From Takakia lepidozioides (lineage: Eukaryota; Plantae; Bryophyta), in assembly GCA_030704615.1 (NCBI GenBank), contig CM060733.1:6572001-6636000 (forward strand): a DNA stretch of 64,000 nucleotides. Reading direction: 5' to 3'. Below the pieces are notes generated by a model that saw nothing but the letters and a program-made list of their open reading frames with translations, did no database searches and was not told where the DNA came from. The translations under genes were made by a program, and so were the position numbers. Of this stretch, positions 22,861-35,804 are shown piece by piece. How positions within the stretch are numbered: the first letter of the stretch is position 1; every line of letters begins with the position of its first letter.

Positions 22861-25800
22861 CTTAGGGAATGAAGCTTGCATTGACACAAGCTAATCTTAG
22901 CCCCTATTGGCACTTGGAATTCAAAAAATTTAAAAAGAAAAAGAAAAAAGAAAAACTGAGCCCTAGCGAACTGCCCTTGTCGTAGATGTTCAGTTTCACT
23001 ACCTATAACCCTAAATATTTTGTTGTCTCTTTCACCCTTACCTTTGTTGGCTGGGTACAAATTTATAACCTTGAGCAATGTAGGTTTCTATCTTTCAAGA
23101 AAATGCATTAAATAGTTCAACAGTCCTTGTATCGCATGCTTCTTTGTCCACAGTCCGTCCATCACGTGCTTCTGTGTCCCGTTTCTAGCACCAATGACAT
23201 GGCTCTAAAGTGCGTCTTCGTGCCGATGCGTACCTGCTTCCATGGTAATAGGACCTCCTCGTCCTGTCCTCGGTTATAGGGCTTGCTTCTCCATCCTCTA
23301 AGCCCTATGCTTGCTTAGTGGGCCAAGCGTGAGCCCAGCTCGCAAGCTCACGAGGCTGGGCTCATGATCTAGCATTCCTCTTTGAAGATAACGCTGGACT
23401 CGTGGGGCACACATGCTCTTGGTCGTGATCGTCTTTTACGCTTTGACACACTATGCATATGGATCAAGCACGGGTTCGCCTGTGTTTTGGTTTACTAAAA
23501 CAAACGATGTTGCGTCATGGCTAGTTGCAATAGGCCGCCGGCGATATTTTTTCAAAGACGGATATTTAAATCTTTGTTTGTGAATTCAATTCAAGGAGTT
23601 TCTAAGGTATCTTAGGCTCCTATTAAAAGTCCAAAAGAGGTCGCTGGGATTTTGTTGTATTAAGGACCTCAAAATGACAAGCCGAAGCCATTATCGAACG
23701 CTGTTGGTGGGGAACTTTTGTGTGTGTATCTAAATGGTGGGGCAAAGACTGTTCGAGAGAAATTTCAGCCCCAAGCGTTGATCTCTCCACACCCTAAAAA
23801 TTTGCTCCACAATAAAAACAACGATTTCACGGGATTTGTGACCCATCTGTTTTTCATGGGTGATGGTTGAATCCAATGGACCTGCAGATTGGTGGGGATT
23901 TCAAGGGTATCCCAAGAAAATTTATGGCAAGTTTGAGGAACTGTGGCTCAATTGCAACCAGGTCCAATATGTGGCTTGATTTTATTGCAAGCGTGTGAGC
24001 TAACGGGTACGGCCCGCGAGGTACAGCCGGGGACCCCCGCTCCGGCAGCCTCGTCGGGAGCTGACGCACCATGTCAAATCATCCCCACCCCCCTCCGACC
24101 CCTCCGCCCGCTGCCCCACGATAGCCCCGCACGAGGCTCCCGAGCCCCCCTGACAACCCCGCGCAAACAACCCCCGCCCGGGACCCCTGACCCCCGCCCC
24201 ACCGCTGGCCGGCGGCGCCCCACAGCACGACCCGATCTCCAACACGTGGCGGCCCCCCCGTTGTGGATCCCCTCACTGGGTTGTTTGATCCCCCTTCCAG
24301 TGCCGGAGTGCTCCCCCATCCCCATCTCCAGCCCCCCCCATGTGGCGATACCTTGAACGGCGATCCCTCCCCCATCCATCCAACCTCAATTGAATGGATG
24401 ACGGCGGATGAAGCCCCATGACGCGCCCATCGCCACGTGGTGCTCGCCGCCCGGCGATCCCCTCCTCCCAATCCACGGCGCGTTCCCCCGAGATGTTTTC
24501 GCCCCCCCGACGCGCACTCTTGATCTCCCTTCCGGACGGGAGTGACCCCAACCCTAATTGTCCCGCCACGTGTGGATCACCCGGACAGTTGTCGATCCCC
24601 TCGCCGCACCATCCGACCTCACAAAAAAGGGATGTTGTGTGTCATCCGCCCCTCATCCCCACCGTCGATCCCTCTTCCAAAATCAATGGATCCCGAACGT
24701 CGTCCCGATCACCCGACACGTCGCCGCAACCCCCCCCCCCCCCCCCCTCCGAACCCCTCCGGGTGATCCCCGTCCAATGCGGGTGATGATCCCCCTGACC
24801 ACCACATCGCACCCGGCAACGTGAGCGTCCCCCACCCCCCCCCCCCCCCCCCCGCCGCCGATCCCCTCTTCCCATCCACGGGGTGCGATCCCTCGACACG
24901 TCGCAGCTCCCCTGACCTGGCTTGATCCCCACACTCAGACCCGCAGTGATCCCCCACCCCTAATCGCCCGCCACATGCGCTCCCCCAAACGTCGATCCCC
25001 TGCTTCATCCATCCAACCTCAAAACAATGGATGTTAGTGGTCATCGGCCCCTCATCCCCCGCCATCCTCCCGTGCAGCGGATGGAAGGCCCCATGGCACG
25101 CCCACCGCGCAGAGGCGCCCACTCACTTCAAGAGAACGGTGCCTAAAAAGGGGAAAGCATGCAGGAGGCAAGCTCTTAGACTCCAAGGGCCAATAGTTGC
25201 TCTGTTGTGATAAAGTCTTGCCTTCACATTTGTGGTTTCCGATGGTCTCTATGTGTTCTTTGTAATGCATGTTGCATGTTTGCATTGTTTGCTCTTTATT
25301 TTGTCAAAATGCTATGCTCTCTTGCTCCGAGTTATTCCCACTCCGCCGACATAGTTCTCATCATTGTTCAGGTTCCATTGTTCTTATGGAATTGAGGACA
25401 AGCGCACGAAGTGATATCTGTCAATAGAACATTCTTTGAAGAGAAGGAACGGTAGGAGAGGGTGTGTGCTGGATGTTCATTGCCTTATACAACAACACAC
25501 AAAGGGCCGAGACGATCGAAGAAAAAGCGTTCAGGGAGAGTCCATCAGAAGGGTTGCCTCTGTTAGTGTAGGATTGGACGATGATACCGGATCCTTCTCT
25601 TGCTTATCATAACATACTACAACAAAAATCATGTTGATGGATGTGACAAGGTCTGCCAATTGCCACATTGCCCCACTTCAAGTAACACCCGTTCGTGCAT
25701 GCACCTCACCTTAGTGAAGAGGTTAAGATTGTGGATAATGAATAGCAATATACGTGTTGGGTGTCGTCGATGCTGAAATCATGGCCCAATAGGAACAAAC

Positions 25801-26699
25801 AACAGGTACACAGGTTATGGAGAGAAGTGGTTGTCGTGATATGTTCTGCTTGAGCATGACATTAGAAACATCATGGACAGAGGCGCATGTGAGACTTCAA
25901 GCGACATAAGGACGATGGGACAGTCTGAGATTTGGAAGGAAGCCCAGCCCCAGAGTGTTTTCTTCTATCAAGAGGACATGCCGATGCCCCTGCTGGGAGG
26001 AAAACGATGTGGCTAGATTGTCTACCTTCAAATTTGCCATTGGCATTTCTCAAAACAGAATTTCAGAAAAAAAAACAATGCTCCAAAGGGGGACAAACGT
26101 ATCGTCTCTTGTGATGGACCTTCGGAACGAATGAACACAAGGTTGTGGAATCGACGACGTGGACTCCTGGGAGATGAGAGCATAACATCTTTCATTGTAA
26201 AGGGTATATCAGTGGGGAACATGGGATCAGTGGAGAGCAGGGCCACAGGGGACCATAGCCTTATCCACTGTGCAGGGAGATCACGATTGGGTCATCACCA
26301 GTGACCTATTAATCCCCCTATCGGGATTCGACACCACGGCTGCCTCAGCCCATTAGGCACTAGACACATAGGCCAAACTTCCATTATGCATACTGCCTGT
26401 ATATGTATGGGACCATTTGGGGACCATGACAGTACTTGTGTGATTCGTAGTGAGGGGTGCCAGGCAGGAGGAAGACAGCTTAGCAAATGCATGCCTTGGG
26501 GGGTTATAGAGAGGAATGAGGAGGGATGGTCTACTTCCAGGGGATCATGGCATAGCCCAAGGGGGGAATCACATTAATACTAAATGAGACGAGAGCGGTT
26601 GCAGGTTCGGGTTCACCTCCTGTGATTTCTTGTCATTAATTGCAGTAAAATGTTTCGCCTATTTTCAAAACAATAGTACTGACATTGCACATTTTCATC

Positions 26700-28250
26700 T
26701 TTGTGTGCAGTATGCCATGTACTCTTATGGTCTTCGACATTGGGACCTGAACGACTCCATGTTGCATACATAAGATCTTCAAGACGAAACAATGCAACGA
26801 TTGTCAAGTTGGATGTTGGCTCTTCGTCAAAAGGCTCCAGGCGATCAGCCGGATTGCGTCCCAACGCATTCATTGTGGACGATGCCGATGCTGAGATTAA
26901 CGCCATTCGGTTTGTTCTCAATCCCCCCCCCTACCAATGAACTTACATTGCCTTGCCTGCTTCTGCATGAGGGGAGCAGGAGAGGGGAACAATCACAATG
27001 CTTCTGCCGGGGATCCGTGTAGAGGGACCAAGAGTGTGTAGGGTTGCATGGGGGATCAGTGAAAGGGGATTCGATTATGGGATCATTGATCAGGGGACCA
27101 GGGGAGAGGTAGCAGGGATCAAGAGCAGCAGATCTCACATCCGACAATGATCGAGGGTCCATGGAATCCAAGGTTGCATGGGGGGATCAGTGAAACGGGG
27201 ATCAAACGGGATCAGTGATCAGGGACTTCGGACACTCGGGGGTACCAGGGGATCAGGACCAAACACATGTTGATCCGACAATGTGATTTTTATCGGCCTT
27301 TCATTGGCCATAGGAGGGCTCGTGTATTCCCCTTTCATTGGCCTGTCATCGGATTCTGCATGAGGGGTTTCAGTCAAAGGGGATCAGGGGATCATGAGCA
27401 GGGAGCACTTATCATAGGTGGTCCTGTTGTGGTGTTGTAGTGGCCTTGCTAATGCGTTTTGTGGATGGAATCAGGCATACGTTTCCCAGGGGTGCCGGTT
27501 TCCTGTGCCTTTGGCATGTTCGAAGGGCCGGGCTGAGGAATGCCATCGAGACGATCAAGGATGCCCAGTTAAGGGCCGATGTCTTGCAAGGTATGGGGAC
27601 ATCATGTATAATAAAGGTATGGTCCCATTGGTGACTCTTCGCAGGCCTGGGGCTGTGTTTAGATTGTAGAGTTTCAAACAAAGTATCCCGCCAGCTAAAC
27701 TGTTCTTCTTGTATATCCACAAATGGTGGATCCCGAAAGTGGACATGTGGGTTGTTGGAGCTTGAAATATCACACATGCTGGATCAGATATGAATGCTGG
27801 AATTCAGGCGTACCATGCGAACTTGAAGAGACGCTTGTCCCAAACAAGACGAAAATGTTTGCACGGCGCGACTGGATTGTTGGTTCTACATCCTAACAGG
27901 TAGCCTCCTCACACATTACCGGTCATTTCGACCTTGAAAGCTGAAGGTTCATACCGCAACTCTAGGATGGAACATGTTCGTGCAAAATGCGGTGTGGATG
28001 GCTGGGCGGATACCGGAATCCAACGTGGTAATTGCCCAGAGCAACACGGGGGATCGTGCGAAGTGAAAAAAAAACATGTCTTCTCCAGGCACTGTATACA
28101 CTATATGCAATCCAGCATCGAGGGGCTTGTGTGACTAGCCCTAACGCCATGGAAAGATGAACCTATGCAAGCACAAGTGAAGGTTGTTCAAGATGTTGCG
28201 GCCACATGTACCAGAGGGTTTAAACTTGTCCGAACTTGTGGACACGAGAT
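26700..28250 (+). pseudogene. Decayed MULE transposase with SWIM finger
   Basis: RPNAFIVDDADAEINAIR, FLCLWHVRRA, WVVGA*NITHAGSDMNAGIQAYHANLKR, CD*P..NLCKH. Confidence 0.8.
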
Positions 28251-30571
28251 TGCGGACACTCAATGGGGGCATGGCCAAGATGCTCGACCTTGATTCCCCG
28301 GTCCGCTGCGGAGCCCCTGTGTGACATAGATCCCATGTGTGGCATTGATCCCCCTGCACAAGACACGGTTCCGGCATGGCAATGTATGGGGCGAAGCAAG
28401 CAACCCCACCATGAATCGTAGGCAGACTGTCATGAAGGGCCATCGCAAGATGAGATGCTCGGTTTGGAAGTCTGTGTGAAAGGTAAATGCCCTTCAGAAC
28501 CATCTTTGAGTGACCTTCGTGTCACGAAGTGAGGAAAGCTAGCGAAATGGACCACGCATGGCTGCGGGTCTTCTCCACCCACATCTTGTAAGAAGGTATT
28601 GAAGTGTGAGCATGATGAGTTGAGAGAGAAGAAAGGATTGGGTAGATGGTTTCTATGTCATGGAAATCAAGACGTCTTGTGATCCAAAAGAGAGGTGCGT
28701 AGGGCAATCCCTCCATCTTCGTCTATTCCGTGCAGTTCCACTAACTTAGGAGCCTCGTCAAGTTGGGCGTCCAAGATTGAAGGGTTGAGAGCAAGCAGGT
28801 TTATGCTTCGTGCTCCCATTCAGATTGCTGATTCCCTGAGATTGCATTCTCATAGAAGCATTTGTATCAAACAAATATTATTCAAATGGCTGAAGCTGTA
28901 TGTTAGTGACGCATGTGTTCTGTGATTCACAATGGATGAGAAGTAGATGTGAATGATCTTTATTGCAATTGAGACTGTATGCATGCATTTGCAAATGATG
29001 TTCAAAACACAATTACCGCCCACACTTTATGTTTAGGCCCTGAAATCTCAATACTGAAAAACGGTTGCCACCGTCTCTAGTGCGTTCCATGCCACCTTTT
29101 TTGCATTGCAAGCACACAATGCTACCACTCCTCCCCATCATACCCCATCTTCGTGTAGTTGCTTCGGCCTCTGCTCCCCTGAAATGGCAGAGGTTCCCTG
29201 ATCCCCTTCATCCCCCTTCTCATCACAGCTGGCCCCCTTACACAACAACCTGCTCCGAGGAATGTGCAAAAAAGAAGACAACCCCGTGAACAAATCCCAA
29301 ACAACAGCAGTCCACCCACAACTCATCCACCCATCAAACCCCATCCAGCGTTCGCAATGGACTTATATGCCCGGTTCCCCTTCACGTGCAATGCTCCCCC
29401 ATGTATCACCCAAAGAGTTTGCCTCAACAAGTGCAGTGCGGCTTGTCATCCGGCAGGGCCAATATATGAAGCCAACGCCTTGTGTTCAGTGACACCATGA
29501 TGTTTTGTGCGATTCACAGTGGTAATACATTGAGAGACATTGTGGGTGACCTCGGTGCGGAACCATAAGGATTCCCATAGGTATATAAAATATCGGACAC
29601 CGTATATGTGGTTTGAAAGGATTCTATCCTCATAAACCATTATACATTCGCTTCCAGCGTGAAGCCACCAGTTCAAAGTTCTCCATTTGAAAGGGAGGGG
29701 ATACCATTGCATGTGACCAAGGCAGTGCACCTAAAACCGATGCTTCAGTATCACGTCCCTTTCAGAGAGCAAATGACATTGTTTTGGACTAAAGCGGAAA
29801 GTTGTGGGCTCTAGGTCATCTTCCGACTCTGGGGTCTCCGCCATTGTTGGGCAAATTTTGGATTTTGCGCTGGGGCGTATTTTCAGTTTTTGTTACATGC
29901 TTATGCACCACTCGTATATGCAAGGGATGTGACCTTTCATAGGCAAAACACCGGACATGACCTTTCACAACTTGCCCCTTCACACGCGACTTTTCACCAG
30001 TAATCCCCCGATCCCCCAATTTGGAAACCTGTAGTTTTCCTCATCCCCTCATTCCGTGGTCCCCTCATCCCCTTATCCCCCGTCTAGCTCCCGATATTCC
30101 CTCCATGATGGGCGAGCTCATCTCCGGCCTGTTCTCGGTTCCCTGATCCCCTGATCTCCGCCACCCGTCCCACACTGATTCCCTGAATCCCCATATTTCT
30201 CCGGCCGGTTCCCCTAAACCCTAATCCCCTGATCTCCCAAACCATTCCCCTGGTTCCCTGATCCCCTGTTCTCCCCACCCGTTCCCTTGCTTCCCCGATC
30301 CCCGCTAACCCCTTATACAATCCCTTGTCTTCTTCATCCCCTCATCCTCCGACCGCCCTGAACCTGAGCCCCCTGATCCCCCTGATCCCCCTGATCCCCT
30401 GATCCCGCCCTGAACCCCCCCCGTGATCCCCCTAACCCCCCTTGGCTCCCTCTCATCTTTGGTTGTCTGATCCACCTCAAGGATCCCCTCATCCCCTCAT
30501 CCCTTCATCCCCTTCACAGCACAATGGACGCCAAAGAAGGCACAAAGGGATTACAAAGAGGAGGACAAGCT

Positions 30572-31410
30572 TCATTTTTTTTCCGTGGGGAATGGAGATA
30601 CAATAGCTACATCCGAGGCATCCGAGGCATGCACATGCGACAGTCTACGCTGCAAATCTGCATCATCCCAATTATCCACTATCCATCCACAAAGAAAATC
30701 CTGCTTTGATACTGCGTACTCACATGTAAACCAATCTGCTGTAAAAGTTGCCCCCCATTTTTTTGTGATTTTGGTCTCCAAGTATTTATGTATGAAAGTC
30801 ATTACGAAGTAGCCACACTCCCAGCCGCTTGGTTGTTGTGGCACCTCAGGTTCCAGCCACTCCCATGCCATTATTTCATTCCAAAGTACTGAGTCCGGTT
30901 CGGCTTTGTGTAGGTATGCTCTAAAAGTGAGAAGACGTGTTTCAAAGGCAAGTTGGCTATGGGATTTGAATGATGTCATGGAATTCAGATGAACAAACTT
31001 GGACTTATCAAAAACCATGAAACTCCAATGGCCCCTGCAGAACGCACATGTGTTTGAGGCCAGACACCACTAATGCTTTCCATTCTCCAAATCAAATCAA
31101 AGTCAGTCAAAGCTGCAAAATAGGAGGATTGAGGGACGTACCCAGAGCATAAGGGGACGAACCATGTCTGAACCTTATCTGGATCCTTCCCTAGGCACTT
31201 CTCAGTTACCCAATCATTTACAAGCCCTTTGGAAATCCTGTGAAGGTCCTTGGATGATGCCTCCAAAGCCGTCCATATCAGTGTGTCCATCACAGCCCAC
31301 CAGCAACGATTACTCTCCTCCACAGATAGCTGCAAAATATTGGAATACAAAAACACACCCCTCCATCCCCCGCTTCCCCATACAATTTTGACAACCGTAG
31401 ATAATCCCAT
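30572..31410 (-). pseudogene. Ulp1-like (peptidase C48) domain of a MULE accessory gene
   Basis: VQTWFVPLC, FVHLNSM, PEVPQQPSGWECGYFVMTF (oxyanion Q and catalytic C); catalytic His not clearly seen. Confidence 0.7.
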
Positions 31411-34400
31411 GAACCCATAATGGACTCATGTGGAGTGCCTTTGAAGAAAACCAGGCAGCCCTATTCTGGTTTCTGCATTGTACACAAGCTCACGAAGTCA
31501 CACAGGCAGACAATTAACTGTCAAGGGTGTTTTCAATTAACCATAGCATCCCCCTATCATGCGTATAAGCCCTGCTGAATGTACTCACCATGAATTTGGT
31601 CCCCCCTTGGTTGTTGGAAGCCCTGGCCCACTTACTTAGTGACTTCTGGCCGACCAGATTTCACCTTCCGTTTCTTCCGTGTTCTGGTGATAGGTTTACT
31701 TCCCCCCTCAGCTGCACGGTTCTCTCCCCCTCCCCGCATCGTCACCCGTATTTTTTGCGCACGCTTCGGCTCCCCCTCATCCTTCGGGGGTCTTTGCTTT
31801 CCCTTGCCGATCCCCTCTCCGGTCTGCTCCCCCTTGCCCTTCATGTGTTCCTTTTCCTTCCCCTTATCCTTTGTTTCTTTCCGATCCACCTGCTCCATGC
31901 CCTGCAGGTTCAATTGGCGTCCCGAAGTTTTTGCAGCAACCCTATGCCGTGTTCGACCTGCTATTGGGCCAGATGATGGTTGCCGGAGGTCAAACCCATG
32001 TGTAGGGGGATTGGAGCAGAAACCATAGGCGCAGGCACCGTCAGACCTGTGGTGAATGTGGAGCCAGGGGTGACCCCCAATTCAATATTCCAAGGATCTG
32101 TGGAAGCGATGGGAGCAGTACCAGGGGGCTGGAGTAAGCGCTCTGCTGTGGGGGGAGACCAGACTATCTGCGAGTGCGGATAACAACGGGATGGCCTGTG
32201 CATGATACGGGGGTGCACCTGGGAAAACTGACATGGGCGGAACAAACCCCTCCGTTGCCAATTCGGGGGGGGGGGGGGGGGGGGGCGGGCGAGAGGAGGG
32301 TAGCACCTGGTGCGGGTTCACAGATTCGAAGGGGAGCAGCGGCGGGGACATCACATGATGGGGCAGCAAAGACAGAGAGGGTAGCAGAGAGGAGGGCCGC
32401 TCTTTGGGAGCGATCAGAGATAGGAAGGGGAGAAGAGGCAGGGGCAACAAACATCAACTTCCGCAATAGGTGTGTAGAAACCTGTCGTCGGAGATTCCAC
32501 TTGAAAAGTCTCTGTATGAGGCGCTTGAAGGTCTTCAACCTGTGAGGGTGTTGGTGACGCCATCTACGATTCATGGTGGCACAACTGCGATGAATTGAAG
32601 GCGTCCACGTCGATGTGGGAAAGGTGGGGCATATGGTGACACTCGTCAGTCGTATAGTTCATGTCTTCTCGCCAACAACACCTTGTTTGCTCATAAGACC
32701 TCCTCTATGGCATTTTGAACTCCAACATCAGCTGCCTCAGCCTCACCTATCACAGAGACAATGCTTGTGTCTTAGCTTTGACCCCCCGTGATCCCGTGAT
32801 CCCCCGATCCCCCGATCCCCGACTGTAAAGTCTGCTCCCCCATTTATCTATTCCAATTCTGATCTACACAATGACAGACTGTTGGAGAGGCAAAGCATGC
32901 ACTTACTCAAAAGATGCACGTAGCGTCCCAAATCAATGTGCTCCCGCCTAAACAATAGATCCTCCCAGGTCTTGGCTGCACGTCGTATCCCTTTCTTGCA
33001 CTTGGAAATGGGCGGTTTTCGTTGCTGCAAATTCATGAAACGCTCGGGCACGCACCATGCGAAGAAATGCTCGGCAGGAGTCGACGATCTGCATTTTGTC
33101 CTGCATTGTACCATATCCAAGCTGACCCTCTGCCAGGAGCACTTCTTTCAACATAGTCTCCTGATTCTGAAAATTCCCAAACGTCCGCCAACCTCCATGC
33201 AAGAAGAGTCCAAATCCATGGTAGGGCAGTTTGTGAGCAGTCTGCGGTGCAAAAAGCATCATGATATGACTGGGGCAGATGCCGTGTCTTAAATCGGCCA
33301 AAGGATACAAGTGTGAAACAGGGGGTCGAGGGTCCATGGTAGAAAAACAGGGACCAGAGGCAGTCGGGCTGGACATTGACGTTTCAGCCATGTGACAATG
33401 GCATCAGATTCCTCGGCAGTTCTTAGGAGAGGGAATTCAGGAATCAGACGTCGAACGTCCTGCTCCTCCAGCAATAGTTCAACAATATCAAACTGGGGAT
33501 CTACATATGAGGGGGGAGTAGAAGAGGAGGGAGCAGTAGAGGGGGGAGCAGCAGAGGGGGGAGCAGACCTGAAAAAAGTCGAGGAAGCAGAAGAGGGGGA
33601 ATGGTGCAAGGGGGACATGACGTGGGGGACCTGATATGGGGCGAGCACACTTGTTTGCAGTAGAGGCGGGGTGTCGCGGCCCTTTGCCTTGAGGGCAGGG
33701 GTCGGGACACATGAGGGGCTGCCCCTGTGGTGGGGGCATCGACAGCGATAGGTATGGGGGGCTGAAGCACCCTTGAGTGCCCAAGGCACAGAAGGAGGCG
33801 AAGGCGCTCACTAGGTGGAGCCCCGCACACCGGGTTGCGGTGGGGGTGGCTCCACAAGGGTGGTGGTAGCTTAGCGGGACTTAGTGGGGGTGGCATATGA
33901 CTCACCATGGGGGCGGAGACCTCGTGGTGGGAGTCGTGGGGAGTCTTGGGACTCATCACGGTCCATAGGGGCCGTGGTGAGTGGGCCAAGACTCACCGCG
34001 ACTCATCACCGGGAGTCGAGGGTTTTCGTGGTGGGTTCGCCATAAAATGGCATGGCTAGTTATGAAACCCCCGCGGACAGCTACAGAAGTATATATAGGG
34101 AGTAGTAACCCCGAGAACGGTGCAAGCCCGTTGGTGACCAAAAACTAGTGAGTAAGCGAGCGAGCCGGAAAACGACCAAAGAGTGGGGAGCTGTTCCGGA
34201 CTGCCATCTACCAAAGGGAATTCCATTAGCCCCAAATAGGTGGAGGGTTTAGTGGGAAGTGAAGGGGGACCGTTATGTCCCGGTGAGCAGCCGAAGCTCC
34301 AAGTTGGCCCGGCGGCCAGGTTGGGAGTCAGGCGCGCGCATCAAAGTGAGTAACTATGACGTGAAGGGGAGCTTACCGAAGGGAGGTGCGCGACACGGGG

Positions 34401-35384
34401 GGGGGGGGGCAGGGGTAGACGATGAAGGGGGAGCTGAGACAGGCATGATGGGGGGAATAGCATTCATGGGACAGGAGGGTGTTACGATAGGAGTACTCAT
34501 CTTTCCCACAAGGTAGCTCTCAAAATCTTCCAACTCCAGCCCAATGGATAGAGCACAGGGAACGCCGTCTTTGTAGGTGCTCCATATCCGCATTGATTTC
34601 CGCACTGATTTCCGCACAGCCTCAATTTCTCCCGCGGAAGCATTGATCTGCAGGCAAAAAAACAACATAGAATGAGCATTTACAAACCGGGGGCAATCCT
34701 GGGAAACTATTGGGGGGAGCAGATGGCCATAAACTCAAAAGGAGATTGGGGGGTGAAGCAAACCTGTTCTTGTAGAAGTCATCTTCTCCAGCGGCGCTCA
34801 GCCCTCTCCACTCGCTTTGCAAACCCTCCACTCCATGCGAAATCCACAAATGCATCCCAGAATCTTCCATCATTCTGGTCAGCAAAATTGGAAGGGAGAA
34901 GTCCATGTTGCAGGAGTATAAATGTTCCAGCAAGAGTGATCGGGTGCGGTGTGTCGTGGTCAATGTCCATGGCCCCATCCCCTGCAAGAGGCCCCGAGCT
35001 CCCAGGCTGCTCCCCCTTGTCCTGATGAGTAGTCTGCTCCCCCACATCTGCGTGTCTTCGCTGTTTTCCGGACTGGCCCCCCTAACTTTGAGACGGATCC
35101 CCCCCATGTCCGATCCCCGCCATTTCTACTGCTGGCTGCTCACGGCTGTAGGGATATTTTTTCTTTGGCTTTCTACTCCAAGTGACAGCGAGTTCAGGCC
35201 GCAGTCTTTTCAAACGGTTAAAGTAGTAACAATCTTAACCTTTTTTGCCCCCTTCTTTGGTTTGGTGCGCTCAAAATCGGTGTCGGACCCGCTACGGCTA
35301 CTCCTCTTGTGAGGGGTAGCCACTTGTGACGGTGCAGGCGCATCAGGCTTCCATTTTCTCGCTCATTTGGGCTACTGCTGCCGA

Positions 35385-35804
35385 TCAGTATGAGACACGT
35401 CGTCTCCTGGTACGCGCCGCACTTCGGGGTTTGTACACCCTCTCAACCTCTCCACAAAATGAGTAACCTGCTTCGGGAACTCGGCAGCGGGCCAGGGTTT
35501 TAAGTGGCAACTGAACCTTGTCCCAACCATCCACCATGTTCAACCAAGGACAACCCTCCCCATCAATGACATGCCTATTCAACCTAACCTTATCATTCAT
35601 GGGCCGCCCACAAAACTTGCACTTATAGGGATTCTTTTGTTTCGTGCCATCACGAACTCTGAGGTCCGCCTCTGCCTCCACTATCATCTTCTCCCACTCA
35701 GTTGGTTATACCAGAAAGGAACCTCGTCCCCCTTTCTTAGGCTTGTGCCAAAAAACCAGCATACCATCCTCAGGGGGAACAACCTTAGGCCTAGTCTTCG
35801 CCAT
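35385..35804 (-). pseudogene. 5' exon of the MULE accessory gene with a zinc finger (premature stop at ~35706)
   Basis: MAKTRPKVVPPEDG...GSFLV*PTEWEKMIVEAE...NPYKCKFCGRPMNDKVRLNRHVIDGEGC. Confidence 0.55.

Noticed and set aside
22080-23375. Helitron (TC-like start; hairpin plus CTAG near 23330-23373)
   Set aside because: CTAG is not followed by T, there is no Rep/helicase remnant, and the hairpin is better explained as part of inverted-repeat arms.
23850-25120. Many overlapping Gly/Pro-rich ORFs here and at 36500-37480
   Set aside because: Artefacts of GC-rich, low-complexity TIR sequence.
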